Virus record (IMG/VR): IMGVR_UViG_3300021197_001995
Location: 32,001 to 96,000 of that record
Length of the DNA stretch: 64,000 nucleotides
Source of the DNA: a virus
Direction: 5' to 3' (one strand)
Shown here: one piece after another, positions 32,601 to 41,156 of the stretch
How positions within the stretch are numbered: position 1 is the first letter of the stretch
Layout of the letters: each line of letters starts with the position of its first letter
Position numbers and translations under genes: made by a program
The notes under the pieces: generated by a model
The model's database searches: none
What the model saw: the letters and a program-made list of their open reading frames with translations, nothing else
What the model was told of the DNA's origin: nothing

Positions 32601-32836
32601 TCAGACTCGCATTTTTAACCGTGTCAAGTTTACCTAAGTCCGACCTATTTATACTTGATGAGCCCGGCACTGCTCTCGATGAAGAGAACATGGAAGGCTT
32701 CGTGCGAATTTTAGACATGGTAAAGGGGTATTTCAAGACAGTACTTCTTATTTCGCACCTAGATAGTTTGAAAGACTGCGTTGATATGCAGATAAACATT
32801 GAGAAGAAGGACGGATTCGCACACGTAAATCTCTAG
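29699..32836 (+). CDS. Fused Mre11/SbcD nuclease - Rad50/SbcC ATPase (gp47-gp46-like)
   Basis: DTH, GD, GNHD, LGDIH phosphoesterase motifs, then Walker A GKNYSGKS, coiled coil, GSGAE signature, LDEP Walker B and ISH H-loop in one ORF. Confidence 0.9.
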   Translation: MRFAHIADTHIRNLKYHFEYKDVFQQLYKSLKEEKVDYIIHCGDIAHTKTQISPEFVDMCRDFFQNLAAIAPTYIILGNHDGNLRNGSRQDALSPIAKAINDPNLILLKNAGETKINDKFCLNVLSVFDEENWTEPTDYSLVNIALYHGAIDKSKTDQNWTLGGDHSIEIFEEFDFAFLGDIHKTQQLDKEGRVWYAGSTVQQNFGESLDKGYLLWDIEDRNSFTNRLITFDNPKPFVTLALTKNGNLPRQRPPEGARLRIVSVDNVSLDKVRKAVDIVKYRYKPESVTYLNRAAGKQIQVAAPEGLQKQDLRDLKTQETLMAEYLKEFDATDEVLEKVYNLNKEYNKQIEENEDVMRNVNWSLQSLEWDNLFNYGEGNSIDFTKLEGIVGIFGKNYSGKSSIVDTLLYSMYNSTSKSIRKNLNIINQNRDSCIATATIKVDDTDYIIERKSDKYTKRLKGVETQEATTDLEFYAKDMVGNHTGLNGTSRQDTDKNVRKYFGTLPDFLATSMASQLDSLSFINEGSTKRKEFLAKFLDLEIFDKKFKMAKEASAETKAALRRHEDIDFETQIKSIKSEIAKSEFAIEGNKAVCVSLKEVARETTQELHEIQTKIESVPAEIIDPVLTSRKIEIKERAILQTAARKTAAQKNLLENEGKFEKIEQFLSAFQIGSYEEKKILIDKNSEKLDSLLSELKRESESKASNKLKEKLLSQVPCGSEFPTCKFIKDAHQAVELVQIAENSMRGISKEINDLGIKIEDLDPIKTNSHIQKYNQLTEKRNAIATIIASSKLTIERADSSLFKEQVELQELREKSLEYEENKESIENLKQLLSTRERLKEDIISKEKEMANCEIKVMQLHKKHGSLEQKLEHTQNNFEEYETLKEDFAAHHLFMTCCHPNGVSYEIIKERLPYINQEIAKILTNIVEFEVFISNNEDKLDIFIKHASHDPRPLEMGSGAEKTIASMAIRLAFLTVSSLPKSDLFILDEPGTALDEENMEGFVRILDMVKGYFKTVLLISHLDSLKDCVDMQINIEKKDGFAHVNL

Positions 32837-32845
32837 GAGGATAAA

Positions 32846-33073
32846 ATGATGACACAGATTAAAGCGTTCGCAGACAAATACACAGAGAAATTTATCTCAA
32901 GAAAATTTTTAGCATGGATTACAGCTACAGGCCTTTGTGCGTACGGGACAGTGACCAGCGATAACTGGACAGCTATAACTCTGGCCTATATTGGAACACA
33001 AGCATTAGTAGACATGGCAGTTCAATGGAAGCATGGACCAAGAGGTGGAAGTGATGGAATGGATCTTATTTAA
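32846..33073 (+). CDS. Small two-TM membrane protein, holin-like
   Basis: SRKF followed by two hydrophobic segments; AGGAGG SD; Met-Met start. Confidence 0.5.
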   Translation: MMTQIKAFADKYTEKFISRKFLAWITATGLCAYGTVTSDNWTAITLAYIGTQALVDMAVQWKHGPRGGSDGMDLI

Positions 33074-33458
33074 GAATTTTGTTAAGACATCATGGCTTTG
33101 GCTGAAAACCCACTGGCACATTCCATTTATAGTTACGTGGACGCTCATCGTATGGGCCCTCTCTAGGGGCAACGTAAAGGCGGTGACTGAAGTACTGAAG
33201 GCCAAGAAAGAATCATACGAAAAACAGATTGAAGCTTTGAAGTCCGCACACACTGTGGAAATAAAAAAAAGGGAAGAACTTCATTTAAAATACAAGGAAA
33301 CTCTTGATACAATAGAGAGAGAGTTTAAGTTGAAAGAAGAAGAACTTTCTATACTCAAAAAGAAAAAGATTAAGCAGATAATCAAAAGCTCAAAGGATGA
33401 ACCTCATGAAATTAATAAGAAAATTGAAGACCTATTTGGCTTCACTCGCGTTGATTAG
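33054..33458 (+). CDS. N-terminally anchored coiled-coil membrane protein (i-spanin-like topology)
   Basis: Hydrophobic IPFIVTWTLIVWAL then a K/E coiled coil; SD GAGGTG before ATG 33054. Confidence 0.45.
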   Translation: MEWILFKNFVKTSWLWLKTHWHIPFIVTWTLIVWALSRGNVKAVTEVLKAKKESYEKQIEALKSAHTVEIKKREELHLKYKETLDTIEREFKLKEEELSILKKKKIKQIIKSSKDEPHEINKKIEDLFGFTRVD

Positions 33459-33849
33459 TTTTGCGACCACTGCCACCGCAATGCCAGGAAGCTACACGCA
33501 GATCGAAGAGGGTCAACCCTCTCCCTTCTCTGGATACTGCTTTGACATCACCGCGTCTGCCCACATTATAGCCGACAAAGAACTTAGGGACAAGTGGTGT
33601 AAAGATAAAACGAACAAGTCCTTGGCTATCCAAAAAGCAGAGTTCGATCTCGAAGTTGGCAAGCTGCTAGCAGAGTTCAACTACGAAAGTTCAGTAAATA
33701 AAAAAACGATTGAATCGTTGAGAGAGGAAAACCTAAGATTAGAGACAACAGCTCTTTCAGCTCCAAACAACTATTGGTATGTTTTTATGGGCTCTGGAAT
33801 ACTTATGGGTGTCGTAACAACGGTCTTGGTGGTACAGGTATTAAAATGA
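33397..33849 (+). CDS. Signal-peptide protein with C-terminal TM helix
   Basis: Basic N-terminus, hydrophobic core, ATA cleavage-like site; C-terminal YVFMGSGILMGVVTTVLVV. Confidence 0.5.
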   Translation: MNLMKLIRKLKTYLASLALISFATTATAMPGSYTQIEEGQPSPFSGYCFDITASAHIIADKELRDKWCKDKTNKSLAIQKAEFDLEVGKLLAEFNYESSVNKKTIESLREENLRLETTALSAPNNYWYVFMGSGILMGVVTTVLVVQVLK

Positions 33850-34223
33850 AGAAAAAAGATTTAGACGAAATAGCTAGAATAGAAAAGGCGATAAAGGAGA
33901 GGTACGGCGAAGAAGCAATAATTAATCCAAGATCGTTGTGGGACAAAGAAAAGGAAGAGAGATATCTCAAAGACCTTAAAAGTTTCCATACTCGTAAAGA
34001 GAATGCCAGAGAAAAACTTACAGAAGCATCAGAGGGCTTCACAGTGAATACTAAGAAATCGAAAACCACATCAGGTCGCACGTGCCCCGTTTGCTCCTCT
34101 TATTCCTTTGTGGGTATTGACGACCTTTTCATGACAAAGTTTGAATGCTGCTTTAATTGTTACATACAATACGTAGAAGGCCGAGAAGAACGCTGGAAAT
34201 CGGGCTGGAGACCAAACAACTAA
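33846..34223 (+). CDS. Hypothetical zinc-finger protein
   Basis: CPVC...CCFNC; ATG 33846 overlaps the previous stop (ATGA-type coupling). Confidence 0.55.
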   Translation: MKKKDLDEIARIEKAIKERYGEEAIINPRSLWDKEKEERYLKDLKSFHTRKENAREKLTEASEGFTVNTKKSKTTSGRTCPVCSSYSFVGIDDLFMTKFECCFNCYIQYVEGREERWKSGWRPNN

Positions 34224-34248
34224 CTATTTACTATTAGCAAACTATTTA
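34223..34248 (+). promoter_or_regulatory. Two tandem ACTATTTA late-promoter-like motifs
   Basis: Copies at 34223 and 34241, ahead of the terminase-portal operon. Confidence 0.6.
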
Positions 34249-34267
34249 TTGCAGAGGATTTTAAACA

Positions 34268-34750
34268 ATGGCAACAACTTTAGAAATTATTGACTGTATC
34301 TCTCAGGTACTATCTAACACTTATGATGGCGCTCTCGACGAAAACGGAGAGCCAATAAAAATCGGACTACGCAGAGAAGAAGGAAACCCACTCGTAGACC
34401 ACAGAGTCATGGACGGCTTCGGAGCAAATGTTTACGGAGATCGCCTGCACATCAAGTACCACGTAGAAATTCCACTTAAAGAAGTTCACTCTAATGGTTT
34501 CGAAGGAGAGATGGAATCGATGGTGGAAAAGGTAAAGTCTTTTATCCAGAAAGAGTACAAGAAGATAAAGAAGAACGCCTTAGCACTGTCAGAGCCAAGT
34601 GAAGTGGACGTCCTTGTGGAATACATTTCTCGCATCCGTTGCAGTGTCAAAGTCCATAAGTGCTACAAGATAGGGGCTATACCCGTCGAGCCAGAAAAAG
34701 AGATTGACCCAGAATTTGAAAAAATGGTTAATCTCGGCGGTCTTAAGTAA
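34268..34750 (+). CDS. Hypothetical protein upstream of terminase
   Basis: 160-aa ORF with GAGG SD and two ACTATTTA motifs upstream. Confidence 0.6.
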   Translation: MATTLEIIDCISQVLSNTYDGALDENGEPIKIGLRREEGNPLVDHRVMDGFGANVYGDRLHIKYHVEIPLKEVHSNGFEGEMESMVEKVKSFIQKEYKKIKKNALALSEPSEVDVLVEYISRIRCSVKVHKCYKIGAIPVEPEKEIDPEFEKMVNLGGLK

Positions 34751-34759
34751 GAGGTTTTA

Positions 34760-36346
34760 GTGGCGATAAAACTCACCAAACAAGAAGTAATGAAGGAGAT
34801 TGTCAGATGCGGCAAGAAACCTGAATATTTTATCCATACGTACGCAAAGATAACCCACCCGATGAGGGGGTTGATCCCATTTCATCTTTACCCCTTCCAG
34901 TCTCAGTTACTTGAAGACTTCGAAGACCACAGATTCAACGTGATCCTAAAAGCGCGCCAGCTGGGAATCTCTACTGTTACCGCGGCCTATGTCGCCTGGA
35001 TGATGATGTTTCATAGGGAGAAGAATGTACTCGTTATCGCGACCAAGTTTAGTACCGCGGCCAACCTAGTTAAAAAGGTTAAGGCCATTATAAAGGCTTT
35101 ACCAGCATGGCTGAGGATTTCAACAGTGGATATAGACAACAGAACCTCTTTCATATTATCAAACGGATCTCAGATTAAAGCTTCTTCTACTTCTGGCGAC
35201 GCCGGCCGTTCAGAGGCTTTGTCTCTTTTGGTTATTGACGAAGCCGCCCACGTGGAAGGGTTGGAAGAATTGTGGATGGGTCTATATCCTACGCTCTCAA
35301 CTGGTGGGCGCTGCATCGCATTGTCAACCCCCAACGGAGTAGGGAACTGGTTCCATAAAACGTATTCAGAATCAGAGAACAGGCTGAACGACTTTTTCCC
35401 CACCAAATTACCATGGGATAAGCACCCTGACCGAGACGTGGAATGGTTTGACAAAGAGACTCGAAACATGTCCCGTCGAGAAATAGCACAAGAGCTTGAG
35501 TGCAACTTCAACATGTCAGGTGAGACTGTATTTTCATCCGACGATCTTGAAAGGTGTTCTTCAGACACGAGAGAGCCGAAACACCGCACAGGCTTTGATA
35601 GAAACTTGTGGATCTGGGAAGAAAAAGACAGCTCAAGCACTTATTTCCTCGCGGCCGACGTAGCTCGCGGCGATGGCAAGGACTACTCGACATGCCATGT
35701 CTTTAACTTGGATACTATGGAGATTGTAGCAGAGTATCAAGGTAAAGTCACCCCGGACATCTTTTCCCGAGTACTTTTTGACATCGGCCAAGAGTACGGT
35801 AATGGTTTACTTGTGGTAGAAAACAACTCAGTAGGTTTCGCAGTGCTTGACAAGCTTAAAGAAATGAGGTATCCTAACTTGTATCACTCAGTTAAGTCAA
35901 CTCATGAGTTTGTGGAGGAATACCAGGCTGATCAAATGTCTAATGCGATCGCAGGATTTTCAACAACTTCAAAAACAAGACCCTTAATCGTAGCGAAACT
36001 GGAAGAATTCATCAGAAATAACCTAATTAAGATAAATTCTGCGCGTTTATTATCAGAAATGAGAACATTTATTTGGAATAACGGCCGCGCCGAAGCGATG
36101 CGATCTTACAATGACGACCTTATTATGGCATGCGCCATGGGTTGTTGGGTAAGAGACACAGCGCTATCCGCGAATCAAAAAGAGAGAGAGTATGCCAAAG
36201 CGTTCATAGGGTCGATAACCAAATCGACTAACGAATTGGATACCAGGATAACAGGAATGATTGGTACTAAAGATTTAAAAATGAAAGAGGACTTCAACAA
36301 ACAACAACAGGCTTTTTCGGAATTCCCTTGGTTGTTTAAAGGATAA
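34760..36346 (+). CDS. Terminase large subunit (gp17-like)
   Basis: LYPFQ, KARQLGIST Walker A, IDEAA Walker B, STPNG, nuclease DVARGDGKDYS and NDDLIMA. Confidence 0.95.
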   Translation: MAIKLTKQEVMKEIVRCGKKPEYFIHTYAKITHPMRGLIPFHLYPFQSQLLEDFEDHRFNVILKARQLGISTVTAAYVAWMMMFHREKNVLVIATKFSTAANLVKKVKAIIKALPAWLRISTVDIDNRTSFILSNGSQIKASSTSGDAGRSEALSLLVIDEAAHVEGLEELWMGLYPTLSTGGRCIALSTPNGVGNWFHKTYSESENRLNDFFPTKLPWDKHPDRDVEWFDKETRNMSRREIAQELECNFNMSGETVFSSDDLERCSSDTREPKHRTGFDRNLWIWEEKDSSSTYFLAADVARGDGKDYSTCHVFNLDTMEIVAEYQGKVTPDIFSRVLFDIGQEYGNGLLVVENNSVGFAVLDKLKEMRYPNLYHSVKSTHEFVEEYQADQMSNAIAGFSTTSKTRPLIVAKLEEFIRNNLIKINSARLLSEMRTFIWNNGRAEAMRSYNDDLIMACAMGCWVRDTALSANQKEREYAKAFIGSITKSTNELDTRITGMIGTKDLKMKEDFNKQQQAFSEFPWLFKG

Positions 36347-36351
36347 AAACA

Positions 36352-38361
36352 ATGGCTAAAAAAAGTAAAAATAACACAAGAAACCCACAGAGCGTACTTT
36401 TCAGGCGCCTGACTAAATTATTATCAGGGCCCCTGACGCAATATCGCACACAGAACAGTCACAGGCTTAGGCGTATAGACCTAGACAAATACGCAAATAA
36501 ATTCACATCTGCTTCTGGTAGAGATTTTAAAAAAACGGCTTACAATCCGTATGATAATCTACAAGCGCAGTACATGACGTCACAGCAAAGAGCAGAACGC
36601 TACGTAGACTTTGATCAAATGGAATATACACCAGAGATCGCTTCTGCCCTGGACATCTATGCTGACGAAATGACCACATACTCAGCTTTAACGCCGATGA
36701 TGTCAGTTGATTGCGACAACCAAGAGATAAAAGCCATCCTAGAGTCTTTATATACTAACGTTTTAAATGTTGAGCACAACATGTTTTCTTGGTGTAGAAC
36801 AATGTGCAAGTACGGTGACTACTTCTTGTACTTGGACATCGATGACCAAATGGGAGTAACGTCCGTCATCGGCTTGCCAACAAGAGAGGTCGAAAGACTA
36901 GAAGGTGAAGATCAGGGGAACCCAAACTACGTACAATACCAATGGAACTCCGCGGGAATAACCCTAGAGAACTGGCAAGTTGGTCACTTTCGCATCTTAG
37001 GTCAGGACAAATACAACCCTTATGGCACATCTGTTCTTGAGCCTGCTAGAAGGATCTGGCGACAACTGACGTTACTTGAGGACGCTATGATGGCCTATAG
37101 AATTGTAAGGTCACCGGAGAGAAGAGCCTTTTATGTTGATGTAGGTAATATACCTCCGCAGGATGTGGAGCAATACATGCAGAAAGTCATGACCACAATG
37201 AAAAGAAACCAAGTGGTGGACTCTTCTACTGGTCGTGTAGATCTAAGGTACAACCCTCTTTCAGTCGAAGAAGATTACTTCATACCCGTCAGAGGAAACA
37301 GCTCCACAAAGATTGAATCTGTCTCGGGAGGTAAATATACAGGCGACATAGAAGACGTCAAATATCTTAGAGACAAGCTATTCTCTGCACTCAAGGTACC
37401 AACCGCTTACATTTCGTCCGACAAGGATGGTGCAATGGAAGATAAGACTACTTTGGCACAGAAGGACGTCCGCTTCGCGAGAACAATACAGAGGCTCCAA
37501 AGATCGGTGTTATCTGAGATAGAGAAGATTGGAATCATACACCTGTATACACTTGGATACAGGGACGAAGACTTGGTATCATTCTCGTGCACGCTCAATA
37601 ATCCTTCTAAGATTGCCGAGATGCAAGAGTTAGAGTATTGGAAAACTAAGTTTGATATTGTTGGTTCTGCAACTGAAGGTTTCTTTTCAAAGCAGTGGCT
37701 AGCCAAAACTCTTTTCGGAATGTCTGATGAGGATTTTATTCGTAACAGAAGAGAGATGTTCTATGACAAGCGCTTCGAAGCAGCGCTGGAGTCAGCCGGC
37801 GAAGCCGAACAGGCAGAGGTTACTGCGGGTCTCAATGCGGGCCCCGACGTCGGAGGAGAGCTCCCCGGCGACATTGGAGAGCCAGGTGGAGTGGGCACAG
37901 TGGGCGAAGAACCAGAGTTGGGAGCAGGCCCCGAAGAAGCGGCCCCAGACCTAGGAGGCGCGCCCCCCGGAGATACACCCGCGCCAGCCGCGGCTGAAGA
38001 AGGGGGTCTCTTGGCGGCCCCACCTGGTAAAAGAGAAGATGATAAAGGTAGAACAACCACTGCCAAGTCTCACGGGTGGTATGAGCCACGCACAACCAAG
38101 GCCGGAGGAGATAGAAGGAAATCTTCAGGCCCTAGAAAGAAGAACATGTCCCGAGCAGCCTCACCGGAAACAGGTACACCTCGTAAATTGTACCCCGGAT
38201 ACAGTGATCTAACTGGCTTAGCGAAAGGAACGAGTATATATGAATCTGAAGCAACTAATTATAAAGTGGAAGAGAGAAAGATCCTTAAAGAACAGAAAGA
38301 GTTAAACGCTCTTTTCAAAAGCCTAAAAGCAAGGGAGAACAAGAATGAGACTGAAGCATAA
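36352..38361 (+). CDS. Portal protein (gp20-like)
   Basis: LEDAMMAYRIVRSPERRAFYVDVGN, EDYFIPVR, IEDVKYLRDKLFSALKVP, DVRFARTIQRLQ. Confidence 0.95.
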   Translation: MAKKSKNNTRNPQSVLFRRLTKLLSGPLTQYRTQNSHRLRRIDLDKYANKFTSASGRDFKKTAYNPYDNLQAQYMTSQQRAERYVDFDQMEYTPEIASALDIYADEMTTYSALTPMMSVDCDNQEIKAILESLYTNVLNVEHNMFSWCRTMCKYGDYFLYLDIDDQMGVTSVIGLPTREVERLEGEDQGNPNYVQYQWNSAGITLENWQVGHFRILGQDKYNPYGTSVLEPARRIWRQLTLLEDAMMAYRIVRSPERRAFYVDVGNIPPQDVEQYMQKVMTTMKRNQVVDSSTGRVDLRYNPLSVEEDYFIPVRGNSSTKIESVSGGKYTGDIEDVKYLRDKLFSALKVPTAYISSDKDGAMEDKTTLAQKDVRFARTIQRLQRSVLSEIEKIGIIHLYTLGYRDEDLVSFSCTLNNPSKIAEMQELEYWKTKFDIVGSATEGFFSKQWLAKTLFGMSDEDFIRNRREMFYDKRFEAALESAGEAEQAEVTAGLNAGPDVGGELPGDIGEPGGVGTVGEEPELGAGPEEAAPDLGGAPPGDTPAPAAAEEGGLLAAPPGKREDDKGRTTTAKSHGWYEPRTTKAGGDRRKSSGPRKKNMSRAASPETGTPRKLYPGYSDLTGLAKGTSIYESEATNYKVEERKILKEQKELNALFKSLKARENKNETEA

Positions 38362-39175
38362 CAAGAAGAGAAATACAGCGTTTGTTTATGAAGCACTAGT
38401 GAGAGAACTCACAGAGTCTGTTGTCAAAAACAACAAGAACAAACAGAATAAGATCGTTTCCATCATAAAAGAGCATTTCGGCGGAAGCTCGGTTTTAAAA
38501 GAGGAATTGGAGCTTTATAAGTCGATTTACGAAACTCGAGAAATCGAAAAGAATTTAGCTGAAAAGATAATGTATCAAGTAAAAGAAAAGCACGACGGAT
38601 TAGATAAAAAGAAGTTATTCCAGGAACAGAGTGCACTGATCAATAAAATCAACAGAACACTTTCTAGTAAAGTTTATGGTAACTTCGTGCCCAACTACAA
38701 AACAATTGCTTCCGTTTATTCTATTTTCCAAGAGACTCTACCAGTCAAGGACAGAGTTTTACTTGAGGAGAACATTGTGGATCAAATGTCGTCCTCTGTG
38801 GAAGCAAGATCCCAAAATCAGCAACCAATTGACTCGTTGACTTACAAAACGTTCGTCAGTCAATTCAACAGCGAATATACAAGCGCGCTGAACGAGAGCC
38901 AAAAAGACCTACTGGGTAATTACATCTCTTCATTTGTTGATAACGGATTAGGGTTCAAGGTCTATTTGAACGAAGAAATCGGCAGACTTAAAACTTCACT
39001 TACAGACGCAAAGAAGATGAAGAATATTTCCTCTGACGAAGTCCTCATTGAAAAACTGGATCAGGTTTACAATGTGCTGGACGAGACAAAGAATACGGAG
39101 ATCGATACTCGCACTCTTGAGATTGTTTTAAACGCGCAACAATTATTGGAAGATTTAGAAGAAAATGACAATTAA
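38345..39175 (+). CDS. Hypothetical head-region protein
   Basis: 276-aa helical ORF overlapping the portal end; GGAG SD. Confidence 0.6.
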   Translation: MRLKHNKKRNTAFVYEALVRELTESVVKNNKNKQNKIVSIIKEHFGGSSVLKEELELYKSIYETREIEKNLAEKIMYQVKEKHDGLDKKKLFQEQSALINKINRTLSSKVYGNFVPNYKTIASVYSIFQETLPVKDRVLLEENIVDQMSSSVEARSQNQQPIDSLTYKTFVSQFNSEYTSALNESQKDLLGNYISSFVDNGLGFKVYLNEEIGRLKTSLTDAKKMKNISSDEVLIEKLDQVYNVLDETKNTEIDTRTLEIVLNAQQLLEDLEENDN

Positions 39176-39707
39176 AGCAAAAATTGAAATGCACCCTAGA
39201 GTGAAGATAAAGGCCCGACGAACCTTGGATGGTAACATCCTTATCTTGGATCACGAAGATATCGACATTGTGTACCTCGAAGAGAAGAGCAAGTGCGTGG
39301 CTTTCCCCAAGGAGAGAATGAGTGACAAGGTGTACGCTGCACAGGATAGGATGTTTTCATTCCTCGCGAGAAAGGGTATAATTACACACTCCAGCATCAA
39401 AGGCGGAAACGTTTATGGATCTATGGAGGCAGAGGTTATGGAGTCTAAGATTCCAGGCATAGATGCGACTCAGGCATTTTTGTACACTTTGAATGAATAC
39501 CTCACAGGGGAGAAGCCATACTTCAAGACTGCAGCCGAATTTGATGATGACCGGTTGAACTCTCTATTGAGACCTTCCGATGAGGACTCAACTGAACTTG
39601 GCGACGTGCCACAATCGGATAGAAAGGGATCGATGCACAAGCAAATCGGACCATACGGCTTTCAATATAACTACTCGCTTATTCGAGAAGATGAAAGTGC
39701 GGACTAA
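39165..39707 (+). CDS. Hypothetical protein
   Basis: 180-aa ORF overlapping its neighbours in the head operon. Confidence 0.6.
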   Translation: MTIKAKIEMHPRVKIKARRTLDGNILILDHEDIDIVYLEEKSKCVAFPKERMSDKVYAAQDRMFSFLARKGIITHSSIKGGNVYGSMEAEVMESKIPGIDATQAFLYTLNEYLTGEKPYFKTAAEFDDDRLNSLLRPSDEDSTELGDVPQSDRKGSMHKQIGPYGFQYNYSLIREDESAD

Positions 39708-40045
39708 TGAACTTTATTTGGTTTTGTCTTATTTCGTATGGCCTTACGCAACTCCTCGTATACGGAAAGATATTCGACCCAATCCGCCCAAAGTCCGGAA
39801 AGTTAGGGCAATTGCTTAGGTGCCCAATGTGCACTGGCTTTTGGGTAGGTTTATTTTTATGGTTCGTAAAGGACTACACTCAACTAATTACTTTTGACGA
39901 TTCTTTTGTCACAGGTCTCCTATTGGGATCAGCCGGCTCAGCCGCGGCCTATGTAGGGACCATGGTTTTCTGCGACGATGGAATAAAAGTTTACAAACTG
40001 GTCAACATAGAAAGGAGTGAGATAAATGCGAATAACGAGCACTAA
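39707..40045 (+). CDS. DUF1360-like membrane protein
   Basis: Hydrophobic segments with LLRCPMCTGFWVG (CPxCxxxW) motif. Confidence 0.6.
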   Translation: MNFIWFCLISYGLTQLLVYGKIFDPIRPKSGKLGQLLRCPMCTGFWVGLFLWFVKDYTQLITFDDSFVTGLLLGSAGSAAAYVGTMVFCDDGIKVYKLVNIERSEINANNEH

Positions 40046-40088
40046 ATGGAGATTACCCCGGGTCCGCCGGTGTTGCAATGGAAAATAG
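40026..40088 (+). CDS. 20-aa Cys-Cys peptide MRITSTKWRLPRVRRCCNGK (below ORF-track cutoff)
   Basis: Strong SD AAAGGAG 7 nt before ATG; ends in TAG in frame with the protease gene. Confidence 0.45.
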   Translation: MRITSTKWRLPRVRRCCNGK

Positions 40089-40121
40089 ACGACGCGGGTG
40101 ACCCCCGCTTTGAGGAATAAA

Positions 40122-40730
40122 ATGAAATTACTAAGAGAATATTACGAACTATGTGACGGCGGCGTCTGCCAAGACCTTCTAACAGAAGACGAAAAGAGGC
40201 GAGTGGCGGAAGGAAAGGTTACAATTCTATCCGGAGTTATGCAAATGTCAGAAACTCAAAACGGAAACGGAAGAGTTTATCCGCATGCCATTTTAGAAAG
40301 AGAAGTACAAAGCTACATGAACATGGTGGAATCCAGAAGAGCCCTCGGGGAGCTTGATCATCCAGATACTAGTGTTGTGAACTTGTCCAACGCATCTCAT
40401 TTGGTTACAAAGATTTGGATGGAAGACAACAAGTGCATGGGTAAAATTGAAGTGCTAAACACCCCATCCGGTAGAGTTCTTCAAGAGCTAGTTAATGCCG
40501 GCGTCAAGCTTGGCATCTCTTCTAGAGGTCTAGGCAGTGTGACAGAATCTAACGGAGTTACAATGGTAGAGGAAGACTTCCAGTTGATTTGTTTCGACAT
40601 GGTCTCCGATCCATCAACCCCGGGTGCGTTTATGATGACAGAGGCCAAACAACCATCTAACATCTTTACGCCGGCAGACAAGATCAATCGAGCATTGACG
40701 AGCTTTTTATACAAGTTTGGAGAAAAATGA
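40122..40730 (+). CDS. Prohead core protease (gp21-like)
   Basis: NGNGRVYP, ALGELDHP, SH, NTPSG, GISSRGLGS, FDMVSDPS. ATG 40122 follows GAGG; the track start is GTG 40098. Confidence 0.95.
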   Translation: MKLLREYYELCDGGVCQDLLTEDEKRRVAEGKVTILSGVMQMSETQNGNGRVYPHAILEREVQSYMNMVESRRALGELDHPDTSVVNLSNASHLVTKIWMEDNKCMGKIEVLNTPSGRVLQELVNAGVKLGISSRGLGSVTESNGVTMVEEDFQLICFDMVSDPSTPGAFMMTEAKQPSNIFTPADKINRALTSFLYKFGEK

Positions 40731-41137
40731 AAAAGTCAGAACTGAAAAGCATTATTAAAGAATGCGTAAAGGAAATTTTGTTTGAAGAGGGAGTACTCTC
40801 TAACCTGGTAGCAGAAGTTGCATTTGGAATTACAAAGGCTCAAGGACAACTGTTGGAAAACAAAACAGTAAACCAGCCTACTTCCGAAGCCACACTCACA
40901 AAGAGGAAAGAACAAGAAGAACAAAAAAGAAAGCGTCTCTTAGAGACTAAGAAGAAAATGTTAAACGCAATGGGCGGAGAAAGAATGAGTGGAGTCTTCG
41001 AAGGTACAAATCCGCTTCCCAACACAGGGAACTCGAACGGCCACGGCCCCCTTGCAGGACAGGATCCAACTGACGCAGGAGTTGACATCTCCAGTTTATT
41101 TAGCTTAGCAGGCCACAAGTGGCAGAACCTAAAGTAA
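40727..41137 (+). CDS. Protein with N-terminal LKSIIKE motif (candidate prohead/internal protein)
   Basis: MKKSELKSIIKECVKEILFEE; coupled to the protease gene. Confidence 0.6.
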   Translation: MKKSELKSIIKECVKEILFEEGVLSNLVAEVAFGITKAQGQLLENKTVNQPTSEATLTKRKEQEEQKRKRLLETKKKMLNAMGGERMSGVFEGTNPLPNTGNSNGHGPLAGQDPTDAGVDISSLFSLAGHKWQNLK

Positions 41138-41156
41138 AGAAAGAAAAGGAATTATA

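Noticed and set aside
34268-34750. Terminase small subunit call
   Set aside because: Position fits, but I recognise no gp16-like motif; left as hypothetical.
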